From an uncultured Agathobaculum sp. (lineage in GTDB: Bacteria > Bacillota > Clostridia > Oscillospirales > Butyricicoccaceae), in contig CALWUN010000001.1 of assembly GCA_944384735.1 (NCBI GenBank), positions 30,464 to 94,463 of the forward strand: a stretch of DNA of 64,000 bases. Reading direction: 5' to 3'. A program made the translations under genes and the position numbers. Below the pieces are notes generated by a model. It had not been told where the DNA came from, ran no database searches, and was given only the letters and a program-made list of their open reading frames with translations. Below, piece by piece: positions 45,682-55,189 of the stretch. The first letter of the stretch is position 1. Every line of letters begins with the position of its first letter.

Positions 45682-48273
45682 TCAGCCGGTCAGCAATGCG
45701 GTGAGCAGCGCGTCCGCGGCAAGCTGCAGCTCCTCGTTGCATGCAACCGCCAGCCCGTTGCCGGTAACCGGACAGCACTGGATGCCAAACTGCTCGATGG
45801 TATAATCCTCCGGCACATAGATATGATCCTGGAACTTGGTTGCAGTACTCAGGTATTCGACCTTTTCCCCCGTCGTATCGCGCTCCACCAAATCGGAATA
45901 CACGCTGAAGGTATAGTAATTCAGCCCGCGCGCGATGGTGGCCGACTGGTAGCGGTTGCTCCATACATGGCGCATCCCATACAGCGCCGCCAGTACCGGG
46001 GTCGGCACATATTCGCTCGCGCTGTCCGATACATCGGTAAAGGCATAGGGGTTGCCGCTTGCCAGCGCCTGATTGGCCAGTGCGGCCGCCGCATCCGCGG
46101 CATTCTGCGAGCCCGTCTGGTCGGCATAGCCGCTCAGCGCGAGGATGCGCGCGACATCCTGCTCGTCCCCGTTCAGCGAGGACAGGTCGACCCCATCCAT
46201 CAGTGTGGTCAGGTCGTCCGCCGAACGGTCTGCGCTCAGCGCAGCCTCGTAAGCGGAAGCGCCGTCGACGATAAACCCTTCGACAAGGGCAATGGCGTCA
46301 TTATAGCTGCTGTCATCATTGACATCGCGCTCAATCGCCATTTTTTGATGCAGATCCTTGAGTGCCGGGAATACGGACGAAGCGTTGCTGTCGAGCATGC
46401 CGCCCAAGGTGTTGAGCTTATCTTCCAGCAGGCCGATGGACGAAGCGTCGTTGCCGTCCGCGCCGATGATGTCCGCGCACTCCTGATGCAGCGTACCGAT
46501 CAGGCTGCCGGCCGAGCCTTCCGCCATATCGGCCATCATGCCCTCGATATCCGCATTGAGCGCGTTGAGCTGCTTTTGCAGCGCCGAAGTATCCGTCCCC
46601 GCGCCTGCATTGTTGATGCGGTTTTGCAGGTCGGTGCGCTGCTGCTGTAAGTCGGCCAAGGCGCTGTTCTGCTCGGCCTGCAAGCCTGCCAGCTCGTCAT
46701 CCAGCGCCGCGATCTGGTTTTCGATCTGCTGCGCGCCGGTCAGGTCGTTTTTGTCCAGCTTGCTCATCATTTCCATTTGCAGCGCACTTTTTTCCGCCAG
46801 CAGCTTGTCGATCTCATTGCCGCCTGCATTCAGCTCCAGTTCGCGCCTTTTCTGCTGCAAAAATGCGATGTGGTCGTCTACCGTGCCATTGAGCCCTTCG
46901 GCAAAATCATCGTCCTGCACGCTGTCGTAAAAGCCGAGCGCCTGCTCCAGCCGCTGGTCGATGAATTGGATGCCTTCGTCGTTGGTCAGGCGCAGGCATT
47001 TGGCAGTGATATAGGCTTCCAGTTCGGTGCGTGCGGTATTGGCTTCGCTCGCCCCCTGCCGCGCCAGACTGCTCAGCAGCGCCTGCGCCGCGTTGGCGTT
47101 TTTCTGCTTTTTATAATCCGCGCTTTCGCCGGCCGCCAACTTGGCCTGATAGACCGACGTTGCCTTGGGCAGCAGCGCCGAGTTGAGTTCGTCCAGCTCG
47201 ATCTGCTGATCGGCCACCACGGCATTCTGGATATGGTCGAGCGCCAGCATGCGCGCAACCGTCTCATCACAGCCGCTGTGGTTGTTAGCCTCGGCCTGCG
47301 AAATCAACTGCTGGCTGAGGTTGTATTTCTCCTCGCTCGCCACCGTCGTCCCGGGGTCGAGCATCTTGCCCTGATATTCAATCAGCGAGGTGGAAACATT
47401 GGTATAGCTGTCGTTCGCTGCGGTTTGCAGCGCGCTGTCCGTGCCGTCGGCGGCGACGATCTCGCCTTCCTCGCCCTCGGTATCGGCCATGTGGGTCAGC
47501 TCCTCGGTATAAACTTTGAGCTCAGCCTCCACAATGGTGAATACCTCGGCGCGGCGGGCGGCATCTACCGCGTTCATCACCTGCTGCACGCAGTCCATTT
47601 CATCCGCGCCGCCGTCATTTTCAGCCAGCACGTCATAATAACGCTGCAAGGCCTCGAGCGCGGCATCCGCGTCGTCCGTCGTCGCATTATGGACATTCAG
47701 CCCGTAAATCTCTTCAATACGCGCCATTTTTTCCTTGCCGGCGGCGCTGCCGCTCTGCTGCTCCTGCATCATATCGTATTGATTTTTCAGCGGGAACAGC
47801 TCTTCCAGCCCTTCCAGATCGTAGGGGTCATGGATGTCCTGCAGGCTGACCTCCTGCCCGGTGCGCAGGTCATAGGTCTTGCCGTCCGATTTGGTGTGGT
47901 GCGTCAGGTACAGCCCAGTCAGCGAATCGGTTGTCGCCGGCGTACCCGCCGTGGTAATGTCCGCCAGGCTGGATGCAGTCGTGATATCGAACCACGCGCC
48001 GTCCGCCAACTCGGATTTGTAGTAGATCCGGTTCTGGCCGGACTCCTCCGCCGAAGCCTGCGCGACCTCGTAGATCGAGTCGTTCAGCGCGCTCAGATGG
48101 ATCAGGTGAGTGCCGATGAGCAGCGTAGAGTCCTCGATGCTGTCATATTTGGCGGCCGTAAACTGCACAGCTCTGGTTTCATCCCACACCGCGCCGGAAA
48201 CCACCCAAGCCATCAGGCCGATCAGCACGGCTGCCGCCGCGGCGGAGCCGATCCATCGTCTGTGTCGCATCAT
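45682..48273 (-). CDS. Secreted or membrane-anchored acidic coiled-coil protein
   Basis: N-terminal basic then hydrophobic segment; long A/D/E/L/Q heptad-like helices; 863 aa. Confidence 0.7.
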   Translation of the reverse strand: MMRHRRWIGSAAAAAVLIGLMAWVVSGAVWDETRAVQFTAAKYDSIEDSTLLIGTHLIHLSALNDSIYEVAQASAEESGQNRIYYKSELADGAWFDITTASSLADITTAGTPATTDSLTGLYLTHHTKSDGKTYDLRTGQEVSLQDIHDPYDLEGLEELFPLKNQYDMMQEQQSGSAAGKEKMARIEEIYGLNVHNATTDDADAALEALQRYYDVLAENDGGADEMDCVQQVMNAVDAARRAEVFTIVEAELKVYTEELTHMADTEGEEGEIVAADGTDSALQTAANDSYTNVSTSLIEYQGKMLDPGTTVASEEKYNLSQQLISQAEANNHSGCDETVARMLALDHIQNAVVADQQIELDELNSALLPKATSVYQAKLAAGESADYKKQKNANAAQALLSSLARQGASEANTARTELEAYITAKCLRLTNDEGIQFIDQRLEQALGFYDSVQDDDFAEGLNGTVDDHIAFLQQKRRELELNAGGNEIDKLLAEKSALQMEMMSKLDKNDLTGAQQIENQIAALDDELAGLQAEQNSALADLQQQRTDLQNRINNAGAGTDTSALQKQLNALNADIEGMMADMAEGSAGSLIGTLHQECADIIGADGNDASSIGLLEDKLNTLGGMLDSNASSVFPALKDLHQKMAIERDVNDDSSYNDAIALVEGFIVDGASAYEAALSADRSADDLTTLMDGVDLSSLNGDEQDVARILALSGYADQTGSQNAADAAAALANQALASGNPYAFTDVSDSASEYVPTPVLAALYGMRHVWSNRYQSATIARGLNYYTFSVYSDLVERDTTGEKVEYLSTATKFQDHIYVPEDYTIEQFGIQCCPVTGNGLAVACNEELQLAADALLTALLTG

Positions 48274-48289
48274 GTGTTCCTCCTTGGTC

Positions 48290-50332
48290 TCATTCCCCGG
48301 TGCTGCGCCATACGGTCTGCCCGGCTTCCTTCAGATAAGAGGTGCATATCTCGTTGCGGCTGCTGTCGTACAGCACGATGCGGATATCCTCGACGCTTGC
48401 CGCCAGCATGGTCATGTAACGCAGCGAACCGTCCAGCGCGGTCGGTTCGGACGAGCCGACCGCCTTGCCGTCGTCATAGGTGACGAGGAAATATGCCGCG
48501 CCCACCGCCGCGTCGATCGAAAGCTTGAGCTCGGTCATCGTCATGCCGCCGACCGACGCCGCCGACATGGTGTAGGTACCGATCTTTTCTTCCTGTTCTT
48601 CGGTCTGCCCGCCTTGGAAAAAGTCGATGGTATCGCGCGGTACGCGCGCGTCGATCTCGCACTCGCCGACAAACGTGTCGCCGTCATACAGGCGAAGCGT
48701 CAGGGTCGAGGTCTCGCCGTAGTCGAGCGCCAGATGGCGGATCTCCTGCGTGATCGGCGTGCGTTCGCCGATCTGCTGGTCCTCATACCACAGTTCGAAC
48801 TGCGTGACCTCGGGCGTGTAGCCGTCCGGTATTTCAACGCCGAAGGTAAACACCATGTCCTCCACCGACGTGTACAGGTGATAATATGCGCCGTCCGGCG
48901 TATCGATCTCGGCGAAGCTGTCTGCCGCCGAGCCGCTGTCGGTCGTCAGCGATTCGCCCTTGAAATACTTGGTCACCGCGCCGCAGGTCAGCCGGTCGAA
49001 CGAATACAGCAGCTCGTTGTAATCGCTGAGCAGGTCGATCGTTTCGATCTGCGCGGCCTGATATTCCTCCAGCTTATCGCTGACCTCCTCATAAGTGGCC
49101 TTGCCCAATTGGTTGAGCGCGAGCAGCTGGTCGTAATCGCTCTTGAGCTCGCTGGCGCTTTGCTGCATGGCGCGGTAGGCGTTCTCCGCCGAAACAATAT
49201 TCTCATACTGCGTGGCGACTTCCTTGCGCAGCGCATCCTCGGTGCTTTCCTGCTCGGTTTTGGCGTTGGCATATTCCATGCAGGCAGTGTAGAGCGCGTA
49301 CATCTCGTTTTCGATATAGCGCGTGCCCGATATCTCACCCTTGAGCCATTCCTTGGTGAACGAGAAGAACAGGATGCGGAATTTACCCGCCCACGGCTTG
49401 TCCAAGTCGGTCAGCATCTCCTTATAGGCGATCTGGAACGCCGCGTAGTCGATATCCTGCCCGTTTTTTGCCGCGTTGACAAACGACATGATCCGGTTGA
49501 TCTTGCCGCCATATTGGTCGCGCATCAGGCTTTCGTATGCGTTCAGGTTGAGCAGCGCGGTCGAAGCAGACATTTTTGCCGCGTAGTAGCCGTGGTCGTT
49601 GTCCAGCGTATAAGTCGTGATGTCTTCCAGCACCTCACGCGGGATGGCGGCGGTGAACATGCTGTCGGCAAAGGTGTAGCCGGTGGTCACATCCATGCCG
49701 ATGATATCGGAAAGGTTGGTTTTTGCCGTTTCAAAATTTCGTTTTTGCGTGGTCAGCTCGGTCTCCAGCGTATCGACCGATTTCTGCATTTTGTCGATAT
49801 CGGCCTGTGTGGCGTCGCCTGTCCGCAGCCGCAGCTGGTTGCGCTCCAGTTCGGTCTGTGCGGTTTCCAGCCGCTCCTCGGTGAACGCGATCTTTTCCTG
49901 TAGCACATAGGCTTCCAGATAGGCCGTGTTGACCTCGAGCAGCGCCGCGTACCGCAGGTCGTCCAGCTCATGCTGCATGGTGGTGATATCCGCCTGCAGC
50001 GTGATCGGCTTGATCTGCATATCGTATTCCTCGGTCATGTCGAGCTTTTCCGGGAATTTGAAACTGAGCAGCGGTGTCCAGCGGAACGACGTCAGGTTTT
50101 TGACCTTGGCCTTGATCGCGTCGACCGCCTCGACATATTTCATCTTTTGCAGGGTGATCTCATTGGTCTGCTTGGAAATATCCGCGCTGTTGGCGATCGC
50201 CTGCATTTGCGCCTGCGCTTGCAGCAGGGTTTTGTCCGCCGCGCCGGCGCCGACCGGACAGGCGGCCGCTGTCAGCAGCGCTGCCGCCAGCGCTGCGCCG
50301 GTTATCCGGCGCCACAGGGTATGCCGCTTCAT
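48290..50332 (-). CDS. Secreted coiled-coil protein with TolC/OEP-like helical repeats
   Basis: Signal peptide; two repeats of the type V..AY/QY...G.AT..D/E (RTGDATQADI, QLGKATYEEV); beta-rich C-terminus. Confidence 0.55.
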   Translation of the reverse strand: MKRHTLWRRITGAALAAALLTAAACPVGAGAADKTLLQAQAQMQAIANSADISKQTNEITLQKMKYVEAVDAIKAKVKNLTSFRWTPLLSFKFPEKLDMTEEYDMQIKPITLQADITTMQHELDDLRYAALLEVNTAYLEAYVLQEKIAFTEERLETAQTELERNQLRLRTGDATQADIDKMQKSVDTLETELTTQKRNFETAKTNLSDIIGMDVTTGYTFADSMFTAAIPREVLEDITTYTLDNDHGYYAAKMSASTALLNLNAYESLMRDQYGGKINRIMSFVNAAKNGQDIDYAAFQIAYKEMLTDLDKPWAGKFRILFFSFTKEWLKGEISGTRYIENEMYALYTACMEYANAKTEQESTEDALRKEVATQYENIVSAENAYRAMQQSASELKSDYDQLLALNQLGKATYEEVSDKLEEYQAAQIETIDLLSDYNELLYSFDRLTCGAVTKYFKGESLTTDSGSAADSFAEIDTPDGAYYHLYTSVEDMVFTFGVEIPDGYTPEVTQFELWYEDQQIGERTPITQEIRHLALDYGETSTLTLRLYDGDTFVGECEIDARVPRDTIDFFQGGQTEEQEEKIGTYTMSAASVGGMTMTELKLSIDAAVGAAYFLVTYDDGKAVGSSEPTALDGSLRYMTMLAASVEDIRIVLYDSSRNEICTSYLKEAGQTVWRSTGE

Positions 50333-50374
50333 CGTCCGCCTCCTTTCCCGCCGGTATCACATGGTTTCAATCGT

Positions 50375-51595
50375 TTATGATGCAAGGGAAATGGAATAGA
50401 AATCAAACCGTTCCCCGTTTTCCTCACTGGTATAAAAGGTATAAAGCAGGCCGTCGCGCGCAAACGAATGGATATATGCCAGATAGGTCTGGTCATACCC
50501 GAGCACGTTCGTCACTTCCTCAAACGTACTTTCGGTCTGCATCTCGACTTTTTCAAATCGCAGCGCGCCGTCATCCTGCAAACTGTTGATCGTCACCGCT
50601 TCGGACAGCAGCACCGGGCTCTGGCCTTCGTATTCGGTGATGCCCAGCTGCGCGGCGACCTCACTGACCGAAATGCAGCTAACGCCGTCGATCAGGATCT
50701 CGTCCGACGGGATGAACACCGCGCCCACCGTCCACTCGGGTTCGAGCGAATCCGCGCCGTTTTTCAGCTCGCAGATGATGCCGATTTCCTCCATGTCGAT
50801 ACAGGATTCATCATCCGAGGAATACAGCATCTGCTCACCGGTGTACATCTGCGCGGCCTCGGACATGGTCTTGCCGAGCAGTTCGTCATAGACGATCTCG
50901 CCGTTGCGGAAGGTACCTGCGTAAATCGCGCTGCCGCTGGCATTGTACAGCTTGCCGGTACCCATGCGTTTGCCGCGGGAGTATTCGCCGTCGTACTCAA
51001 TCACACCGCTGATGCGGTATTCCTTACCCATACCATCGTATAGGTTGTCGACAAATTCCCCGGTGTAGCGCACGCCCTCGCCGGGATAATAAAGCGTGCC
51101 CGTGCCGTTGTACTTGCTGCCGGAAAACGCGCCTTCATAGACCAGGTCGCTGTTGGCATTATACAGCGCGCCGCTCCCCTCTGCCACGCCGTCCTCCACA
51201 TTGCCGACGTAGGCGACGTAGCCATCGCGCGCGGTCACCCGCGCCCGGCCGGAATAAAACTTGAGCACAAGGGAGTTATAGCGGTAGGTCGGGTCGCCCG
51301 TACCGCCCTGCGCCATCCAGCCTGAGCCGATCTGCCAGAGCACGATCAAACAGATCACGAAAAGCGAAATCACAATCGCGTAGGCCAGCCGTTTGCTGAC
51401 GAGCCAGCGGAACATGGGATAATAATCCTTCTTGTCCCGCGGGCGGACGTCGAACATCCGGCTGAACGCCTGCCGCAGCTTGGAGATGACGCGCGTCTGC
51501 CAGAACGAGGGCGTCAGCAGCAGGCGGAATTTGTTCCAGAAACTGACTGCCTTGGCACGGAATGCCGAAATCAGCGTATTAAACAACCGGTTCAA
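50375..51595 (-). CDS. Single-TM MORN-repeat protein
   Basis: TM segment (LAYAIVISLFVICLIVLW) then YEGAF..KYNGTGTLY, YTGEF..LYDGMG, YDGEY..KRMGTG repeats; TTG start after AAGGAGG. Confidence 0.82.
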   Translation of the reverse strand: MNRLFNTLISAFRAKAVSFWNKFRLLLTPSFWQTRVISKLRQAFSRMFDVRPRDKKDYYPMFRWLVSKRLAYAIVISLFVICLIVLWQIGSGWMAQGGTGDPTYRYNSLVLKFYSGRARVTARDGYVAYVGNVEDGVAEGSGALYNANSDLVYEGAFSGSKYNGTGTLYYPGEGVRYTGEFVDNLYDGMGKEYRISGVIEYDGEYSRGKRMGTGKLYNASGSAIYAGTFRNGEIVYDELLGKTMSEAAQMYTGEQMLYSSDDESCIDMEEIGIICELKNGADSLEPEWTVGAVFIPSDEILIDGVSCISVSEVAAQLGITEYEGQSPVLLSEAVTINSLQDDGALRFEKVEMQTESTFEEVTNVLGYDQTYLAYIHSFARDGLLYTFYTSEENGERFDFYSISLAS

Positions 51596-51642
51596 AAAGC
51601 TGTCGGCCTCCTTTCAGCCGCGATGCAGATGGTGTAACAGGA

Positions 51643-54255
51643 TCAATGGACAATGCCGAACAGATCGTAGCGTGCTTCCTCGCCGACGCCGGCATTGAAG
51701 TAATGTTCACAGGCAAACAGATACCAGCGCGCCACGCCGTCCTGCGGGCAAAGCCGCAGGATCGCCAGGAACAGGTTTCTGGCCAGATAAAAATCGTTTT
51801 GATAGAAACAGCGGATGGCTTCCTGCAGCCGGGCATCATACTGCTCGCGCTGCGTGCGCTCCAGCTCGCCGTAGCAGTCCAGCACCTCGTACAGCTTATA
51901 GGAAGTCCTTCCGTCCGCCGCGGCAAAATAGCCGATATAGCGGGTGCTGAACGACTCGCTCAGCGTGCGCAGGAACTGTTCGGTCACAACCAGCCGGCAG
52001 CCGGTTTCAGCCATATCGGCCAGCTTGCTGCTGAAAAAGCTGACTTCGGACGAGGCAAGGTACGGGAACGCTTCGTCCTGCGTGCCGGCGATGCCGTACA
52101 GGAAGTGCGCATGGTGCAGCAGCACACAGCAGTCCGTCCCGTTTTTCGCACCGACCGTTTCACCGATCAGGCTGAGCATGGCATGGACGCCGCGGTCGGG
52201 CGATTGTGCGAACAGCACACGCACCGCAGAAAGGTCAAAGCCGCCGGTCAGCAGCACGCCGCCCTCGGGGCGGATGCTCTGGCTGACGCTGACAAAGCAG
52301 CGGTTGACATAATCCATAAATTCGCGGTCGTTGAGCACGCTGCGCATGCGCTCGCTGTGGCCGAAGGTGATCAGCCCCAGCGAACCGTCCGAGGCCACCA
52401 GGTCGCCCGCGGCGATTTCGGTCACTGTGCCTCGTTCCAGCAGCTGCTCCATGCTGTTGGGCACAAAGCGCCTGCACGACTCCAGCGTCATATTCAGTTC
52501 GTAATCCCGGATGGCCATACCGACTGACAATTCCTTGATCGCCTGCCAGAGCTTGCCCAGTTCGTCGTTTGCACAGGGAACGTCGTCCAGATTGGTGTCT
52601 CCAATGGACAGCCGGTCCATCTGCGCCACCATCGGGACCAGCGGCCGCAGATGCCGCCGGACGACCAGCGCCATCGTCACCGCGCACAGCAGGAACAGGC
52701 CAACGGCCAGCACGATAAACAGGCCGAGCATGCCGGTATCCATCCAAGACTGTGCCGCCTCACTGACCAACACCACCAGCACGGAGGTCATTTCCCCCGC
52801 CTGCCGCACCGGCACCGCGCACAGGCTGGTGCTCCGGCCGTCGAGCAGGGTATGCCGGCTGGTCAAAAAGCCGCGTTCGCCGGTCTCCCGGACACTGCGT
52901 ATCACATCCGCGTTCGCGGTGAGCCCGTCGCGCGATAAGTACACCGGGGTTTCAGTCTCCCCCCGCATGTCATAGACCGCGCAGGCCACCAAAATATCCG
53001 CTTCTTCCGACACGGCCAGCAGCGAATCGATCGGCTGCCCCTCCCCGCCGCCGGAAAGCGAGCCATAGGTTAATGTAGAGGACAGGTTCTGCGCATACCA
53101 CGCGGCGGTCTGCTCGGTGCGCTCATACCGTGTTTGCAGGATCGACCCTGCCGCTAGCAGGACCACCGCCGCAAAGAACACCGCCGACAGGCCGACGATC
53201 GCGGCCGTCATCCGGCTGCGCAGCCGGTGGCCGCAGATAAAACGGATGACCAGCCAGATCAGCAGCAATGCGGCCAGCGCCGCGACCGCGACCAGCGCCA
53301 CCAGCTTCCAGCGCAGCTGCAGCCGGACTGCCAGCGGGATCTGCAATTGCTCGATCAGGCGCACATCGTCGCCCTCGGCGCGGGCCAGCGCGACCCGGCC
53401 GCTTTCCGTATACACGCGCAGCGCCAGCATGTTGGAGGTCGACGCACCGGACAACAGCGTCTGGTTAACTTCCCGTGCCCGCAGGCGATAGGCGGTGCCC
53501 GTCAGGAACTCCCCGTCCACCGCGCCGCGCGCCCACAGGTAACCCGCCGTCGCATTCAGGCCGCTCAGCGGCAGGCACTCTTCCGGCACGGAAACCGCTT
53601 CCACCAAGTTGCCGCTCGTACTGACCAGTGAACCGTCGGACAACAGCGCGCAAAGTGTGCTGCCGCCGCCGTGCACCGCCGTAACTGCCGTCACACCGGA
53701 CGGTACCTCGCCAGCCGTCAGCTGCAGCATCTGCGGCTCCGGCTCTTCCAGGTTCAACCGGTACAGCTCGATGGTGTCCACCGACTCGCCCGCCCGGTTG
53801 GTCTGGCTGATGCCGGAAATATAAACCATCTGCTCGGCGACCGAGAGGTCGGTCACCTGCATGCTGCCCGAGCTGTCCACATACAACAGCTCCGACGCGC
53901 CGGTTGCCTGATCCAGCCGGACCAGTTCCCAGCCGCCGAACTTGACCAGCTGGCCGTTGCCGAACCAGCGGATAAAATAGATTTGCCCATCCGTCACCGC
54001 CATCGGGCCGACCGCCGAAGTGCGGTCCTGCCCGCGGCTTGATTCTTCATAACAATACTGCACCACGCCGTCCTGATCCGCCGCGACAATCCGGGAATAT
54101 GTCTCGTGGTTGACCGCCATGTACACATCGCCGTCTGTGCCCAGCGTGATCTCCTGCGACATTTCATCCAGCGGCAGCAGATCGACCGGTAAGAACAAGG
54201 CGCACAGACACGCCAGCACCCAAAGCAGCCCTGACACAAGCCACTTGATTCTCAT
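51643..54255 (-). CDS. Membrane protein with extracellular beta-rich domain, HAMP, degenerate class III nucleotidyl-cyclase-like domain and TPR-like tail
   Basis: TM segments; NDELGKL HAMP; RRFVP...GD; YKLYEVLD; AIRCFYQNDFYLARNLF...PQDGVARWYL. Confidence 0.7.
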   Translation of the reverse strand: MRIKWLVSGLLWVLACLCALFLPVDLLPLDEMSQEITLGTDGDVYMAVNHETYSRIVAADQDGVVQYCYEESSRGQDRTSAVGPMAVTDGQIYFIRWFGNGQLVKFGGWELVRLDQATGASELLYVDSSGSMQVTDLSVAEQMVYISGISQTNRAGESVDTIELYRLNLEEPEPQMLQLTAGEVPSGVTAVTAVHGGGSTLCALLSDGSLVSTSGNLVEAVSVPEECLPLSGLNATAGYLWARGAVDGEFLTGTAYRLRAREVNQTLLSGASTSNMLALRVYTESGRVALARAEGDDVRLIEQLQIPLAVRLQLRWKLVALVAVAALAALLLIWLVIRFICGHRLRSRMTAAIVGLSAVFFAAVVLLAAGSILQTRYERTEQTAAWYAQNLSSTLTYGSLSGGGEGQPIDSLLAVSEEADILVACAVYDMRGETETPVYLSRDGLTANADVIRSVRETGERGFLTSRHTLLDGRSTSLCAVPVRQAGEMTSVLVVLVSEAAQSWMDTGMLGLFIVLAVGLFLLCAVTMALVVRRHLRPLVPMVAQMDRLSIGDTNLDDVPCANDELGKLWQAIKELSVGMAIRDYELNMTLESCRRFVPNSMEQLLERGTVTEIAAGDLVASDGSLGLITFGHSERMRSVLNDREFMDYVNRCFVSVSQSIRPEGGVLLTGGFDLSAVRVLFAQSPDRGVHAMLSLIGETVGAKNGTDCCVLLHHAHFLYGIAGTQDEAFPYLASSEVSFFSSKLADMAETGCRLVVTEQFLRTLSESFSTRYIGYFAAADGRTSYKLYEVLDCYGELERTQREQYDARLQEAIRCFYQNDFYLARNLFLAILRLCPQDGVARWYLFACEHYFNAGVGEEARYDLFGIVH

Positions 54256-54295
54256 TGTGGTTGCTCCCCTCTATTCCGCCAGCGGGCGGGTGATG

Positions 54296-55150
54296 TTATG
54301 CGCCTCCGTCCAGATGCTCGGTGCCGACCACATCCATGGCGTGCTCGAACAGCCGGAACAGTGGCACATCGCCGAAAAACAGCTGGGACAGCAGCACGAT
54401 CAGCGTAATAACCACGATCACGACCGAAATGCGCAGCAGCCAGCGGAACCAGCGATCCTTGTTGCGCTTCCAAAGCGCCTTGAGCCGCTTGCGCAGCGGC
54501 GGCTTGCGCGCGGGCACAAGCGTCAGCCGGATATCGCGGTACAGTTCCGCCAGACTCTGGTACGCGGATTTTTCCAGCTTCATATGCAGCAGCTTCATGC
54601 TCTTCAGCTTGGCGTTCTCCTCCTGCAAGGCGAGCACGGCGGTCACGCACAGGTCGGTGCACACGCCCTCGTCGTCGGCAGGGTTCAGCTGGGACAAATC
54701 GGCTTCATATGTAAAGTAGATCGACCCGTCCTGCGCAATGCTGATGCAGTTTTGTTCCAGCAGCACACAGAGGATGGCGAACGGCATCGGGCTGGCCAGA
54801 CACGCCATCACCAAGTCAATGCTGATGCGCTCACGCTGCTGCACGGTTTCCGCCTGTCCGGGCGCAAAACGCATCAACGGCCGCTGCGGACGGTAGTCAA
54901 ACAGGAAACACAGGTCCTCCCCTTCCGCAAAGCGGGCCACATAGGGGGATTCCCCTTCCAGCAGGTCGCGCGGCGCATTTTCAAACAGGTCGAGCAGCAC
55001 CCGGATACAGCCGCGGTCGTGCACCACCCACAGGGTATACTTGGCGTCGATGGGTGAATTGCGGTCGCGGCAGATCAGCACGTCGTTCTGCGTCCCGCGC
55101 AGCACCTCATGGATGGGCTCGAGCAGCATATTTTCTGTGCAGTATATCAA
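54296..55150 (-). CDS. Hypothetical protein with C-terminal TM and possible degenerate kinase-like fold
   Basis: Soluble N-terminus, basic patch, TM (ISVVIVVITLIVLL); TTG start. Confidence 0.6.
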   Translation of the reverse strand: MIYCTENMLLEPIHEVLRGTQNDVLICRDRNSPIDAKYTLWVVHDRGCIRVLLDLFENAPRDLLEGESPYVARFAEGEDLCFLFDYRPQRPLMRFAPGQAETVQQRERISIDLVMACLASPMPFAILCVLLEQNCISIAQDGSIYFTYEADLSQLNPADDEGVCTDLCVTAVLALQEENAKLKSMKLLHMKLEKSAYQSLAELYRDIRLTLVPARKPPLRKRLKALWKRNKDRWFRWLLRISVVIVVITLIVLLSQLFFGDVPLFRLFEHAMDVVGTEHLDGGA

Positions 55151-55189
55151 GCAAACCCATCCCTTCCGTGTGCGGCCCGCAGCGCCGCG

